Sequence record: SRR31156797_601 | Length of the DNA: 64,000 bases | Strand: one strand, 5' to 3' | Part shown: positions 18,301-28,514 of the stretch, piece after piece | Layout of the letters: each line of letters begins with the position of its first letter | Numbering within the stretch: position 1 is the first letter of the stretch | Notes under the pieces: model-generated | Told to the model about the DNA's origin: nothing | The model's input: only the letters and a program-made list of their open reading frames with translations | Databases searched by the model: none | Made by a program: the position numbers and the translations under genes

Positions 18301-20138
18301 AAAAAATCTTTTTAACTGTGTTTCCGATTGTTATTGTGATTTTTTCAATAGTATATTTTGTGTTCATTTGTCCGATTAAAAAAGATGAAGGTGTTAAATA
18401 TCTGCTGGGATTGTCGTTTTCTAATTTATCAGAAGCAGAGCAGACATCTATATACAATGCGATATCAAAGCAAGCAGCACAGGAATCTGATATAAGTATT
18501 GTAGTTACAAATGCATCAGGAAGCGTGTATACTCAGCTAAAAGACCTGCAAAAACTACAGTCAATGGGGGTAGATGCAATGATGGTATGTGCTGATGATG
18601 GGCAGGTCATAAAAAACGAAATAGCATCTTACTATGGACAGATTCCAATAGTTTTATTGGAGAAAAATATTTCTGGATATAATTATGATATATACTTTGG
18701 CGTAGATGATTATGAAATGGGCTATAATGCAGGGAAAGTAATTGGTGAGAGATTATCTGATGAAGAATGTACAGTAGTAGAGATAAAAGATGCAATTAGT
18801 GTAAAAACAACGCAGGAAAGAAGCAAAGGTTTCTTTGATGCACTTGAAGATTTTGATAATATTCAGATTTTTTCTATATTTTATGATCCATATGACATCG
18901 AGCTGGAAAATAAGCTAAGAAGCTTATATATGAATAACAAAGGTACGAAGGCGTTGTTTTCACATAATATAGATGTAGCAATTGCTGCAAAATTGGCAGC
19001 AGAACAAATGAATATGGATGATATATATATATTGAGTATCAGTAATATGGGATACAGTGACAAACATACTTTGGATAGGATGAAGAAAATTGATGGTATA
19101 TTCTCTTATAATTATTATGGCGAACACTTAAAGACTCTGATAGAAACGCTGATAGACGATAATGAAACAATTGTTAAAAAGAATATTTTGAATGTAACAT
19201 TACTAAATGGTAATGATTTATCGTGGTATATGGAGAATGGGGAAGTGTTTGCAGGCAAAAAGCACGAGATTGATAATGATACAGTAATTGGATACATTGG
19301 AAATGGTATTGATTCTGAGTATTATAATTCTACTCAAAATGATTTAAAAACTTTCTTTAAAAAAGAAAAATTGAATTTTATTGCATACTCTCTGATTAGC
19401 GATGTTTCTATAGAGAATATCGAATTTGCACAGGAAAAGGCATTTGACGAGTTGATTGAGCAGGGAGCAAAGATAATATTCTATACATCTTGCAATAAAA
19501 TAGATAATACTGAACTATTGAAAAAGGCAAAGATAAATGGGGTCAGAGTGATACTGCTGGATGAACATCTGCCATATACAGTGCAATATCCAATTACTTT
19601 TATTGGCAGCGATGGTTATGATGAGGGTTCTCTCGCAGCTGAATGGGTAGTTGACAGGGTTTATTCGGATAAAGAGGATATTGTAATTGCAGAGATAACA
19701 TCAGATATGAATTTGTTGTCTACTCAAGACAGAAGGGAAGGCTTCAGAAATGTTATCAATGGTTACCTTAGGATAAGTATTGTCCAAAGTGTTTATGGCT
19801 ATGATAGCTATGACGGCGGTGTGCAAGCTATGAATCAAATATTAGACAATTATGATGATATCAATCTTTTGTATGTTCACAATCAGGAAATGGCAATGGG
19901 GGCAATTGATGCATTAAAAGCTAGAGGGTATGACCCTGGGACGGGAATTAAGATAATAGTAAATAACGGGATGCTAAAGTCTGAAAAACTATTGAAGAAT
20001 GGTTCCATTAACTGCATCATTAAACGAAAAGGCACCCCTGCAGAATATATCAAAAGCTACTTTGATGACATATATTTAGGGTTGGTTATGAATCAGAAGA
20101 TAATTTTGGCAGATGAAGTAGTAGGAAATATTGAGTAG
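18297..20138 (+). CDS. Membrane-anchored protein with two tandem sugar-binding (RbsB-like) domains; probable sensory partner of the kinase
   Basis: N-terminal TM helix without a lipobox; two PBP-I repeats (GVDDYEMG..ERSKGF and GSDGYDEG..DRREGF..HNQEMAMGAIDAL); overlaps the regulator stop by 4 bp. Confidence 0.75.
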   Translation: MKKIFLTVFPIVIVIFSIVYFVFICPIKKDEGVKYLLGLSFSNLSEAEQTSIYNAISKQAAQESDISIVVTNASGSVYTQLKDLQKLQSMGVDAMMVCADDGQVIKNEIASYYGQIPIVLLEKNISGYNYDIYFGVDDYEMGYNAGKVIGERLSDEECTVVEIKDAISVKTTQERSKGFFDALEDFDNIQIFSIFYDPYDIELENKLRSLYMNNKGTKALFSHNIDVAIAAKLAAEQMNMDDIYILSISNMGYSDKHTLDRMKKIDGIFSYNYYGEHLKTLIETLIDDNETIVKKNILNVTLLNGNDLSWYMENGEVFAGKKHEIDNDTVIGYIGNGIDSEYYNSTQNDLKTFFKKEKLNFIAYSLISDVSIENIEFAQEKAFDELIEQGAKIIFYTSCNKIDNTELLKKAKINGVRVILLDEHLPYTVQYPITFIGSDGYDEGSLAAEWVVDRVYSDKEDIVIAEITSDMNLLSTQDRREGFRNVINGYLRISIVQSVYGYDSYDGGVQAMNQILDNYDDINLLYVHNQEMAMGAIDALKARGYDPGTGIKIIVNNGMLKSEKLLKNGSINCIIKRKGTPAEYIKSYFDDIYLGLVMNQKIILADEVVGNIE

Positions 20139-20648
20139 AATTATGAGTAGTTTTCGATCAAAACCTTGTAAGCAACTATATAAAAGCGACAAAAACCTAA
20201 AGTCTAATAGGAGGATATTTATTTCGAAATTCCTGTGGGATGGGCTGCAGGAACGTTATGTCGAAATATAAACGGGCAGAAAAGAAGAATTATTAATTTA
20301 TCATGAGTGAATTGAAATGATGACAGCTTATCACTTTGTGTAGGGCAGGCAACAGCTCAAACTTGTACAGAAGCTATATGATTTGTACAAAAGAGTAGTT
20401 TACTATTGGATATATCTATATTGCTTAAAGCATCTGTAATAGCCGTATTCTGTTATGTGAATTTATTTAACAATATCACTATTTTATGACTTTGGTAAAA
20501 TGACTTCTTATTATCTTGAATATTTAATAAACTGACCTAAAAACCACATAATGATATAATTAAATCAGTCAGATTACTGCAATAAATTTATTGTGTAATA
20601 TTCTAACTAATATGCAGACAAAGATTAAATGTGAGACATTTTGGGTAA

Positions 20649-20685
20649 AAAACAAGCCGCCCAAATTTAATGGAACAGCTTGTTT
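20649..20685 (-). terminator. Terminator of the lsrRK-cupin-lsrF operon
   Basis: AAACAAGC...GCTTGTTT inverted repeat; the A-tract on the + strand is a U-tract on the - strand. Confidence 0.55.
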
Positions 20686-20723
20686 GCAGTCAATTGTTCT
20701 GCAGAAATTAAATGAAAAGATAC

Positions 20724-21608
20724 TTACTTATTCTTTAGTTCTAAATACATATCATACGCTTCTTTTGAATCGATGCCTTTGTGTACGATTGCCTGTACAG
20801 CCTGAACCATTGCTAATGGGTCGTCTGATTGGAAGATATTTCTTCCCATATCTACGCCAGCTGCGCCTCTTGCTAATGCATTGTAACACATGTCAAGTGC
20901 ATCTTTCTCAGGAAGTTTCTTACCGCCTGCGATAACGATTGGTACTGGGCATGATGCCGTAACTGTTTCAAAATCGTCACAGTAGTAACACTTTACGATT
21001 TGTGCGCCGAATTCAGCAATCATTCTTGTTGCTAAGCGAAAATACTGTGGAGTCCTGGCCATTTGCTTACCAACGGCTACAACGCCCATTGTTGGGATAC
21101 CGTATGAATTACCTGCGTTAATTGCTTTTGAGATGTTATCAATTGATTCCAATTGACCTTCTGCACCAACAAATACTTGTAATGCCATACAGTCAGCGTT
21201 CATGCGAACTGCTTCCTCGATGCTGACACTTACTATTTCGTGGCTTAAGTCATCCTGTAATACTGAGTTACCTGATGATGTACGCAGAGCTACTGCCTTA
21301 TTGTGAGTCAAAGCTGGTTCAATGCATGATGACAGTGCACCACGTGTTCCCATAAATACGTCAATATATGGTGCTAGTGGTGGAATCTTTAAATCTAATC
21401 TTTCCAAACCTGATGTAGGTCCAAGAAAATAACCGTGGTCAAAAGCCAGCATTAATGTGTGTCCGCTTTCTGGGTTGAAAATCTTTGATAATCTTGATTT
21501 CATTCCCCAGCCATAATTGTTACAGCCCTTTACATGAAATCCATGAGTCTCTTGCGGTATTCCCACACCGTAGTCCTTAGTTACTTTGATGTTATCTGTA
21601 TCTGCCAT
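20724..21608 (-). CDS. lsrF: 3-hydroxy-5-phosphonooxypentane-2,4-dione thiolase LsrF
   Basis: MAD.D..K..KDYG.G.P, WGMKSRLSKIFNPESG, MLAFDHGYF.GPTSGLER, PVPIVIAGGKKLPE, GVDMGRNIFQS. Confidence 0.95.
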   Translation of the reverse strand: MADTDNIKVTKDYGVGIPQETHGFHVKGCNNYGWGMKSRLSKIFNPESGHTLMLAFDHGYFLGPTSGLERLDLKIPPLAPYIDVFMGTRGALSSCIEPALTHNKAVALRTSSGNSVLQDDLSHEIVSVSIEEAVRMNADCMALQVFVGAEGQLESIDNISKAINAGNSYGIPTMGVVAVGKQMARTPQYFRLATRMIAEFGAQIVKCYYCDDFETVTASCPVPIVIAGGKKLPEKDALDMCYNALARGAAGVDMGRNIFQSDDPLAMVQAVQAIVHKGIDSKEAYDMYLELKNK

Positions 21609-21625
21609 GCTATCCTCCTAAAATA

Positions 21626-21967
21626 TTAATCATCTACTTCTATTTTGTCTGCCTTTTGGAAAGGTCCTAACATAAATACTGCCTTCATAGGAGTATCTCC
21701 GTTATTCTTTAAGTAATGTGTTTCTCCTGGTTCTGCTGTGATTAAATCACCGGGTTCACAGTGATACACTGTACCGTCAACAGCGATATCCAGCTTGCCT
21801 TCTAGAATGAAGAAACTTTCCTCCATAATGTCGTGGAAATGATTTTTGAAATCTTGTCCTGGCTGCAGAACAACAACTCCAGCACTAAGTCTTGGACCCT
21901 TTCTCAAATATTTTGGACCGCTATCGCCAAAACGATACTCTCTTTCGCTTTCTTTTACTAATTGCAT
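21626..21967 (-). CDS. Cupin-domain protein (HxH...E...H metal motif) in the lsr operon
   Basis: NHFHDIMEESFFILEG and EPGETHYLKN cupin motifs; RBS present; located between lsrK and lsrF. Confidence 0.88.
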   Translation of the reverse strand: MQLVKESEREYRFGDSGPKYLRKGPRLSAGVVVLQPGQDFKNHFHDIMEESFFILEGKLDIAVDGTVYHCEPGDLITAEPGETHYLKNNGDTPMKAVFMLGPFQKADKIEVDD

Positions 21968-22011
21968 GTTTACACCTCTGTTTATTTTTTATTAATACTT
22001 ATAGCTCTTGA

Positions 22012-23574
22012 TTATAGCCCTGGAGCTTTCCACATATGAGATATAAGTCCTTCGTCCGAGTTCTCCATCTGGCTATTATTAATTTGTTTCCAGTTTTCGA
22101 ATATAGCCAAGTACTTTTCGTGATTTTCTGTATTTGGATTATACACTTTTTCTATTTTTACCAAATTCTCTGCTGCTTCTTCTATGCTGTTATATATTCC
22201 CGCACCTACACCTGCACAGATTGCTGTTCCTAATGCCGTAGCTTCTTTAACCACAGGCACATGTACTTGAGCACCTAAAACATCTGATACTATCTGGCAC
22301 CAAAGGGGACTTTGTGATGCCCCTGAAGCAAAGATTATGTTATCTATTTTAGTATTATTTACTTCACCTAGTATTTTTGCATGACCCAAAGTAACCAATG
22401 CGGCATTTTCCATTAATGAGCGATAGAATGTACCTTTGTTAAATTTTTCGGGGTCAATATTGAAGTTTACGAAGCAGGGGGAAGGGTGTTTCCATTGCTT
22501 ATAATCCATAATGCTGGAGAATGAACACATCATACCATTTGAACCTACAGGTACTTTTTCTGTTATTTTTTCTAACTGTGTATATACTGAAGTCCCCTCT
22601 TTTTCAGCTGTCAAAGTTTCATACTGGCAGAATGCATCTCTGAACCAGCGCATCACTAGTCCCGGGTAGAACGCAATCATTTCCTGCTGCCATATATCTG
22701 ACAATACACCACAGTTAACACGAACCCTGCAGTCTTTGTCAATGATTGGCTTGCCTGAGTTATATTCCAGCTGCCAGAAGCTGCCTCCAAAAAGTGCTGC
22801 CTGACCAGGCTTAACTGCACCTACACCGATGGAACCAAGACCTGCATCTCCGCCTCCGGCAACTATCAGGCATTCATCAGACAGATTTAGTTCTTCTGCC
22901 AATTCTGGTAGTATTTTTCCGATGGCTTCACCACATTCGTATACTACTGGATAAATATCATCTTTTAATCCGCATTTAGCAGCAATCTCGCTGTCCCATT
23001 TTCTAGTTGATAAGTCAATCATTCCGGTTGTGCATCCATTTGATGGCTCTACGGATAAAATACCGGACAATCTGTAAGTAATCCAGTCGTTGAGCATGGT
23101 TACACAGGAAGTGTTATCATAAACGTCTGGCATATTGTTCTTTACCCATAGAATTCTTGGCAGTGCTCCCAGTGCGAAGGTCTGCCCTGAAATATTATAG
23201 ATTTCTCTTTCTATGTTCTCTGCTATTTCATTTAGCTGATATACTTCGTTGTCTGCTCTGGAATCAACATTGGCGCATGCCCAGATTTCTTTACCATTAT
23301 TATTATATAAAACTATACCCTCTCGCATGCTGGTTGATGCAATAGCTACAATATTTTTAGGGTTTATATTTGATTTAGCTATACTATCCTTAATGCAGTG
23401 TATCATGATTCCATAATTTGTTTTGACATCAAAGTCCATGGAATTTGGATATCTTGGATCTTCCTTATGGGTCCATTCCCGGGCAGAAACACTGATTTGA
23501 TTGCCGTCAAGATTAAAAATAACAGAGCGAATACTGCCTGTTCCTGCATCTATTGCCATCAAATACTTGCTCAT
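22012..23574 (-). CDS. lsrK: Autoinducer-2 kinase LsrK
   Basis: YLMAIDAGTGSIR, SMDFD, TSMREG, WACANVD, SGQT, GGSFWQ, W.APG. Start at ATG 23574 after GGAGG. Confidence 0.95.
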   Translation of the reverse strand: MSKYLMAIDAGTGSIRSVIFNLDGNQISVSAREWTHKEDPRYPNSMDFDVKTNYGIMIHCIKDSIAKSNINPKNIVAIASTSMREGIVLYNNNGKEIWACANVDSRADNEVYQLNEIAENIEREIYNISGQTFALGALPRILWVKNNMPDVYDNTSCVTMLNDWITYRLSGILSVEPSNGCTTGMIDLSTRKWDSEIAAKCGLKDDIYPVVYECGEAIGKILPELAEELNLSDECLIVAGGGDAGLGSIGVGAVKPGQAALFGGSFWQLEYNSGKPIIDKDCRVRVNCGVLSDIWQQEMIAFYPGLVMRWFRDAFCQYETLTAEKEGTSVYTQLEKITEKVPVGSNGMMCSFSSIMDYKQWKHPSPCFVNFNIDPEKFNKGTFYRSLMENAALVTLGHAKILGEVNNTKIDNIIFASGASQSPLWCQIVSDVLGAQVHVPVVKEATALGTAICAGVGAGIYNSIEEAAENLVKIEKVYNPNTENHEKYLAIFENWKQINNSQMENSDEGLISHMWKAPGL

Positions 23575-23602
23575 TTGCTTATCCTCCATATTTGTTGAAT
23601 TT

Positions 23603-24535
23603 CTAATCTTTGAGATTAACTAATGCTTTGGCTGTTTCTTCATCGGTAACTAAAATGTTGATGAAACCGCCTATTAGTGCTGAGTTAATAGCAGAAACTT
23701 TTTCTTCTCCGCCTGCTACGCCTATTACATTTTCGCTGTTTTTTAACATGTTTATATTTGTGCTTATTAATCTATCCAAGAGATCAACTTTTATTATATT
23801 ACCCTGCGAATCGTAGAAATGGCTTAGTATATCACCAACTGCTCCCTGCATCTTTAGCAGTACTAGATCGGACTGCTTGATTACATTGTATTTAAATATG
23901 GTAGCAGTGTTGCTTGTTGCACCTATTCCTACAACAGACATACTTGCTAATTGAGTCATTTCCAGTATGTCTTTTATTGATGATTCTTTTAGCAAATCCT
24001 TTGCAAGTTCTTTGGTGGACGCCAAAAGAGGAGCAGGAATCACATATATTTTTGGTGCTGGAGATTCTGATGTTCTTTTGTGGGCACCATTTATTATTGA
24101 TGATGTATAGAAAGATACACCACCGGATAGCGAAACCAGTGAGATAGGCTTATCTATTGCGTAGATTAAGTGACTTACAGTTTTTGATACTGTATCGCCA
24201 TATCCTATATTAATATAGTCACCCGGATTGCTCTTTTCTTCAATATATTGTGCTGCAGCCATAGCTAGTGAGTCGTTCAAATCCGACTTGCTGGCTGTAG
24301 GAATTACAAAAACATCATCTAATCCATATTTTTCCAATAAAGCTTTTTCTATATTGATTCTGTTCTCTAGGTTTCTGTTAATCTTAAATTGAACAATTCC
24401 ATCTGTTTTAGCTTGATTTAGATACTTAATTACTTTCATACGTGAGATACACAGTTTTTCTGCAATCTGCTGCTGTGTCATGCTCTCCATGTAATACAAC
24501 CATGCTATTTTCATTACTAAATTATCTTCATGCAT
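23603..24535 (-). CDS. lsrR: SorC/DeoR-family repressor LsrR
   Basis: IAWLYY.E..TQQQIA..L..SR HTH, LSGG, VGIGA, GAVGDI, GVAGG..K, LVTDE; lsr context. Confidence 0.9.
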   Translation of the reverse strand: MHEDNLVMKIAWLYYMESMTQQQIAEKLCISRMKVIKYLNQAKTDGIVQFKINRNLENRINIEKALLEKYGLDDVFVIPTASKSDLNDSLAMAAAQYIEEKSNPGDYINIGYGDTVSKTVSHLIYAIDKPISLVSLSGGVSFYTSSIINGAHKRTSESPAPKIYVIPAPLLASTKELAKDLLKESSIKDILEMTQLASMSVVGIGATSNTATIFKYNVIKQSDLVLLKMQGAVGDILSHFYDSQGNIIKVDLLDRLISTNINMLKNSENVIGVAGGEEKVSAINSALIGGFINILVTDEETAKALVNLKD

Positions 24536-24550
24536 ACGCCTTCTCCATTT

Positions 24551-24822
24551 ATTTGTTTTATAGTATATTGTAACATAATATTACTATGATGAACAAATGT
24601 AAATATTGCGAGATAATCAATTGTTTATAAAACAATCAAATGTTATATCTTTTCTACAGTATATCAGTATAATTTGTGAATGTCAACGAATAAATATTGA
24701 ATTATTTGATATTTGTGTTGACAAATTGGAGTATGTGAATTATTATAGTAAACAAATGATAGATTAACGCACAATAGTTTACAAATATATGCAGAATAAT
24801 TGTTTGACAAAGAATCATTTGT
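24551..24822. promoter_or_regulatory. Divergent lsr promoter region with repeated ACAAAT/ATTTGT boxes (candidate LsrR operators)
   Basis: Copies at 24551, 24593, 24672, 24711, 24721, 24752, 24781 and 24817; TTGACA at 24718-24723. Confidence 0.5.
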
Positions 24823-24860
24823 TAAACCAAGGATATTTTATAGAAGGAAGCGAGAGTGTA

Positions 24861-26384
24861 ATGGTAAAGAAAGATAAAGCCAAAGAACTCCTTAGAGTAA
24901 AGAACATCTGTAAGTGCTTCGGCAGCAATGTTGTACTGCAAGGTATTGACATGAGCCTTAGTTCAGGCGAAGTTCTGGCTCTTATCGGCGGCAACGGCGC
25001 GGGTAAAAGCACATTGATGAAGATAATAATGGGTATTTATCAATGTGATAATGGGGAGATATTTGTTGATGGCAATTTGGTTCACATGTCAAAGGCAGCA
25101 AATGCGTTAGCATCTGGCATATACATGGTTCCGCAGGAGCCAATGCTTTTTCCAAATATGTCTGTGGAAGAAAACATTGTAATGGGATTCTCAGGCAAGG
25201 CATTAGAATTACATAAAAAGATTATAAGCATAATGGAAGATATCGGCTGGGAGCTGGATTTAAACCGTAAAGCAAGTTCATTATCAATTGCAGAACAGAC
25301 TTTGGTTGAGATTATCAGAGGATTGTTAAGAGAAGCAAAAATATTGATACTGGATGAACCAACATCAGCTTTGACTTTTGATGAAGTTGAATCTTTCTTT
25401 AGAGTAATTCGAGATTTAAAAGAACAGGGAATCGGGATTATATATATTACTCACAGGCTGGCAGAAGTATTTGAAATTGCAACTCATGTATCTATTATGT
25501 GCGATGGTGTAATTACGCTGAATGGTCCGGTAACAGACTTCACTCGTGAAATGCTGGTACAGGGATTGATGCCTACAGACACAGAACATAAGGACACTGC
25601 AAAAACTCAAATAAATGACATAGATTATGATAATCTTGAACCAATATTTGAGTTGAAAGATTACAGTGGATATGGGTTTAACAATGTTTCCTTAAAGATA
25701 TATCCAGGTGAGATTCTTGGTATGGCAGGTGTTGTTGGAGCTGGTCGTACAGAATTAGCAAGAACAATTTTTGGCTTTGATAAGGTATTAGGAGGACGAT
25801 CAATACTAAATGGTAAGGATATTACAGGGCTAGATACAAAATATATATTAAAAGCAGGTATTAATTTCGTCCCAGAAGACAGACACAATCATGGATTATT
25901 CAAAATTAGCTCAGTTAAGGCAAACACTTCTTCAGCAATGTTATCCAGCAAAAAACTGGGCAGATTTTTCCTAAATAAGACTGTCGAATACGAGATGACA
26001 AAAGAATATGTGGATGACTTCCGCATAAAGGTGACAGGTCAGAATCAGCTGACAGGCTCACTTTCAGGCGGTAATCAACAAAAGGTAGTTATTGGTCGTT
26101 CTCTTTCTACCAAGCCAAAGCTAATAATTCTAGATGAACCTACTCGTGGAATTGATGCAGCAGCACGTATGGATGTATATAGAATAATTCACAAGCTTCG
26201 TAATGAAGGTGTTGCTATACTATTGATTTCTTCAGATTTGGAGGAAGTAATTGAACTGGCAGATCGTGCAGTTTCAGTCTATAACGGCAGAATAAATGGT
26301 GAATTCAAGAGAGACGAAATCAATATGGACAATTTAACTGCGGCATCATTTGGTTTTAATAATCAAGGGGAGGAAGGGAAATGA
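24861..26384 (+). CDS. lsrA: AI-2 ABC transporter ATP-binding protein LsrA
   Basis: GGNGAGKSTLMKI, YMVPQEP.LFPN, LDEPTSAL, LSGGNQQK, DEPTRGID..AR.D.Y. Start moved to ATG 24861. Confidence 0.9.
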   Translation: MVKKDKAKELLRVKNICKCFGSNVVLQGIDMSLSSGEVLALIGGNGAGKSTLMKIIMGIYQCDNGEIFVDGNLVHMSKAANALASGIYMVPQEPMLFPNMSVEENIVMGFSGKALELHKKIISIMEDIGWELDLNRKASSLSIAEQTLVEIIRGLLREAKILILDEPTSALTFDEVESFFRVIRDLKEQGIGIIYITHRLAEVFEIATHVSIMCDGVITLNGPVTDFTREMLVQGLMPTDTEHKDTAKTQINDIDYDNLEPIFELKDYSGYGFNNVSLKIYPGEILGMAGVVGAGRTELARTIFGFDKVLGGRSILNGKDITGLDTKYILKAGINFVPEDRHNHGLFKISSVKANTSSAMLSSKKLGRFFLNKTVEYEMTKEYVDDFRIKVTGQNQLTGSLSGGNQQKVVIGRSLSTKPKLIILDEPTRGIDAAARMDVYRIIHKLRNEGVAILLISSDLEEVIELADRAVSVYNGRINGEFKRDEINMDNLTAASFGFNNQGEEGK

Positions 26385-27403
26385 GCTTTTTCAAAAGATT
26401 TGGTAAAGTGCGGTGGTTATCAAGCCTGGTATTTCTGATAATACTAATCATTATAACTGGTATTATAAATCCTGCATTTTTCTCATATGGCAATATAATC
26501 AGCTTATTTAATAGTTCGGTGGTATTTGGGTTATTGGCAATTGGTATTTCATTTGTCATTATGACTGGGGAAATTGACGTATCCATTGGTTCAACAATGG
26601 GGCTGTCTGCAGCAATAGCAGGAACAATAGCACAGCAGGATGGAAGTATAGTCACAATGTTAATTTATGCAGTCCTGCTTGGGTTAATTGTGGGAGTATT
26701 CAATGGCGTTGGTGTTTCAGTTATTGGAGTTCCTTCACTAATATTTACTCTTGGAACTAATGGTATTGTACGAGGATTAGTATATATATACTCAAAAGGT
26801 CGTACAGTTGAGAATTTTGCTGGTGAATTTACAAATATCGGAAGTATGACACTTTTTGCAGATATAACTATGTATTTTATTATATTAGTTGCTATCGTAA
26901 TACTCGCAAATACCATATTAACTCGAACAAGACGGGGCAAGAACTTTATAGCTGTCGGCGACAACATAAATGGAGCTGAATTAATTGGTATTCCTGTTGT
27001 TAGAACAAAGATTATAGCATATGTACTATGTGGTGTGTTTGCAGGCATAGCAGGCGTGGTTTTTGCATCAAAATATGGGCAAGTAAATATCGTGGCAGGT
27101 ACAGGCTATGAGATGACTGCAATTGCAGCCTGTGTACTTGGCGGTGTCAGCCTATCAGGCGGATTAGGAAGTGTTGTTGGTGCTGCGATTGGTGCGGTTA
27201 TCATGTCAGCCATCTCAAGACTATTGGTATTTATAGGACTGTCATCAGACTTTGATAATACAATAAAAGGCATCATGCTGCTTACAATTGTTGTAGTAGA
27301 TGCACTGATGCATAGACGTTCAGTAGAAATGGCTAGAAGAGAAAGGCTTTCTGCAAGGGCATCGATTCACATGGAGAAAGCAGGTGACAGCAATGAAAAG
27401 TAG
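26381..27403 (+). CDS. lsrC: AI-2 ABC transporter permease LsrC
   Basis: IDVSIGS, FTLGT.G..RG, AVGDN..GA, IAACVLGGVSL.GG.G. Confidence 0.88.
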   Translation: MSFFKRFGKVRWLSSLVFLIILIIITGIINPAFFSYGNIISLFNSSVVFGLLAIGISFVIMTGEIDVSIGSTMGLSAAIAGTIAQQDGSIVTMLIYAVLLGLIVGVFNGVGVSVIGVPSLIFTLGTNGIVRGLVYIYSKGRTVENFAGEFTNIGSMTLFADITMYFIILVAIVILANTILTRTRRGKNFIAVGDNINGAELIGIPVVRTKIIAYVLCGVFAGIAGVVFASKYGQVNIVAGTGYEMTAIAACVLGGVSLSGGLGSVVGAAIGAVIMSAISRLLVFIGLSSDFDNTIKGIMLLTIVVVDALMHRRSVEMARRERLSARASIHMEKAGDSNEK

Positions 27404-28445
27404 TTTTAAGGATAAACTTTTGAACATTGTGAAAAGATGGGAATTCTTCTTATTCATAGTATTAGTACTGGAATTTGTAGTATTTGGCTCTGCAAACTTT
27501 GAGAAGTTTATGAGACTTCCATCAATCTTTTCCAGTATTAATAACTATATAAGTATTTGCATTATATCTTTGTTTGTAACTTTCGTAATGATTACAGGCG
27601 GTATTGATATACAGGCATCATCCTTGGTTGGACTGACTTCAATCATTATAGGAGTGCTGTGGAGTGATGCAGGATTGAATATCTGGACTGCGGTATTACT
27701 AGCAATAGTAACTGCTGGAATGTGCGGAGCCTTATCAGGATTTTTGGTTGCATACTGCGGTGTTCAGCCAATGGTCGTAACGCTAGGCGGCAGCTTTCTA
27801 TTTTCGGGAATTGCGCTGCTTATATCAGGACTATCTGAAACACCAGCATACAAGGGTATCAGCGGTTTCCCAGGAAAGAGTGAAGCAGGTGAATACATTT
27901 CATTTCGTGTATTGGGTAAATTAAAACTATTCGACACTATACCAATTCAGGTATTAATCTACCTTGCACTTATTATTATCTGCTATTTGTTACTGCATAA
28001 ATCAAAATATGGACGCAGAGTGTTCCTGGTTGGTGTTAATCCAAAGGCAGCTGAATACTCAGGAATAAACAGCAGACTGATAATTATGAGTACTTATATA
28101 TTGACAGCTGTTGGTGCTGCAATAGCAGGAGTACTGTTAACTGCTAATGTTAATTCAGCAAAGTATAACCTAGGATCAACATTCACGCTGTCAATTATCA
28201 CAGCAGTAGTATTAGGCGGTACATTATCAACTGGCGGCAAGGGAAGTATTATTGGAACGTCACTTGCAGCTATCGTAATCTGTATTCTGCGATATGGACT
28301 GCCGCTGTGTTTCGGTGTCAGCACACAGAACCTAGACTTACCAATTGGTATATTGCTGGTATTAGTTGTTGTTGGACGTGAATTGGCTGCAAATAATAAA
28401 GTTAAGGCATTTTGCAATAATTTTAGCAAAAAGATGTCAAAATAA
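27393..28445 (+). CDS. lsrD: AI-2 ABC transporter permease LsrD
   Basis: RWE, GGIDI, PMVVTLG, ISGFP, FLVGVNP.AA.YSG, ITAVVLGG. Confidence 0.88.
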   Translation: MKSSFKDKLLNIVKRWEFFLFIVLVLEFVVFGSANFEKFMRLPSIFSSINNYISICIISLFVTFVMITGGIDIQASSLVGLTSIIIGVLWSDAGLNIWTAVLLAIVTAGMCGALSGFLVAYCGVQPMVVTLGGSFLFSGIALLISGLSETPAYKGISGFPGKSEAGEYISFRVLGKLKLFDTIPIQVLIYLALIIICYLLLHKSKYGRRVFLVGVNPKAAEYSGINSRLIIMSTYILTAVGAAIAGVLLTANVNSAKYNLGSTFTLSIITAVVLGGTLSTGGKGSIIGTSLAAIVICILRYGLPLCFGVSTQNLDLPIGILLVLVVVGRELAANNKVKAFCNNFSKKMSK

Positions 28446-28514
28446 TAAATGAAATTGTTAATAAGTTTAGGATATCTAATATCCTAGAAATAAATATTAC
28501 TATGGAGGATAAAC

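Noticed and set aside
20139-20640. Long intergenic region as a riboswitch, IS remnant or sugar-transferase pseudogene
   Set aside because: Only short, frame-broken resemblances (QKLYDLY, SLLLDISILLK) with inconsistent spacing; no riboswitch consensus or terminal repeats. A profile search would be needed.
20591-20935. 114-aa + strand ORF
   Set aside because: Antisense to lsrF and its terminator; no RBS or recognisable motif.
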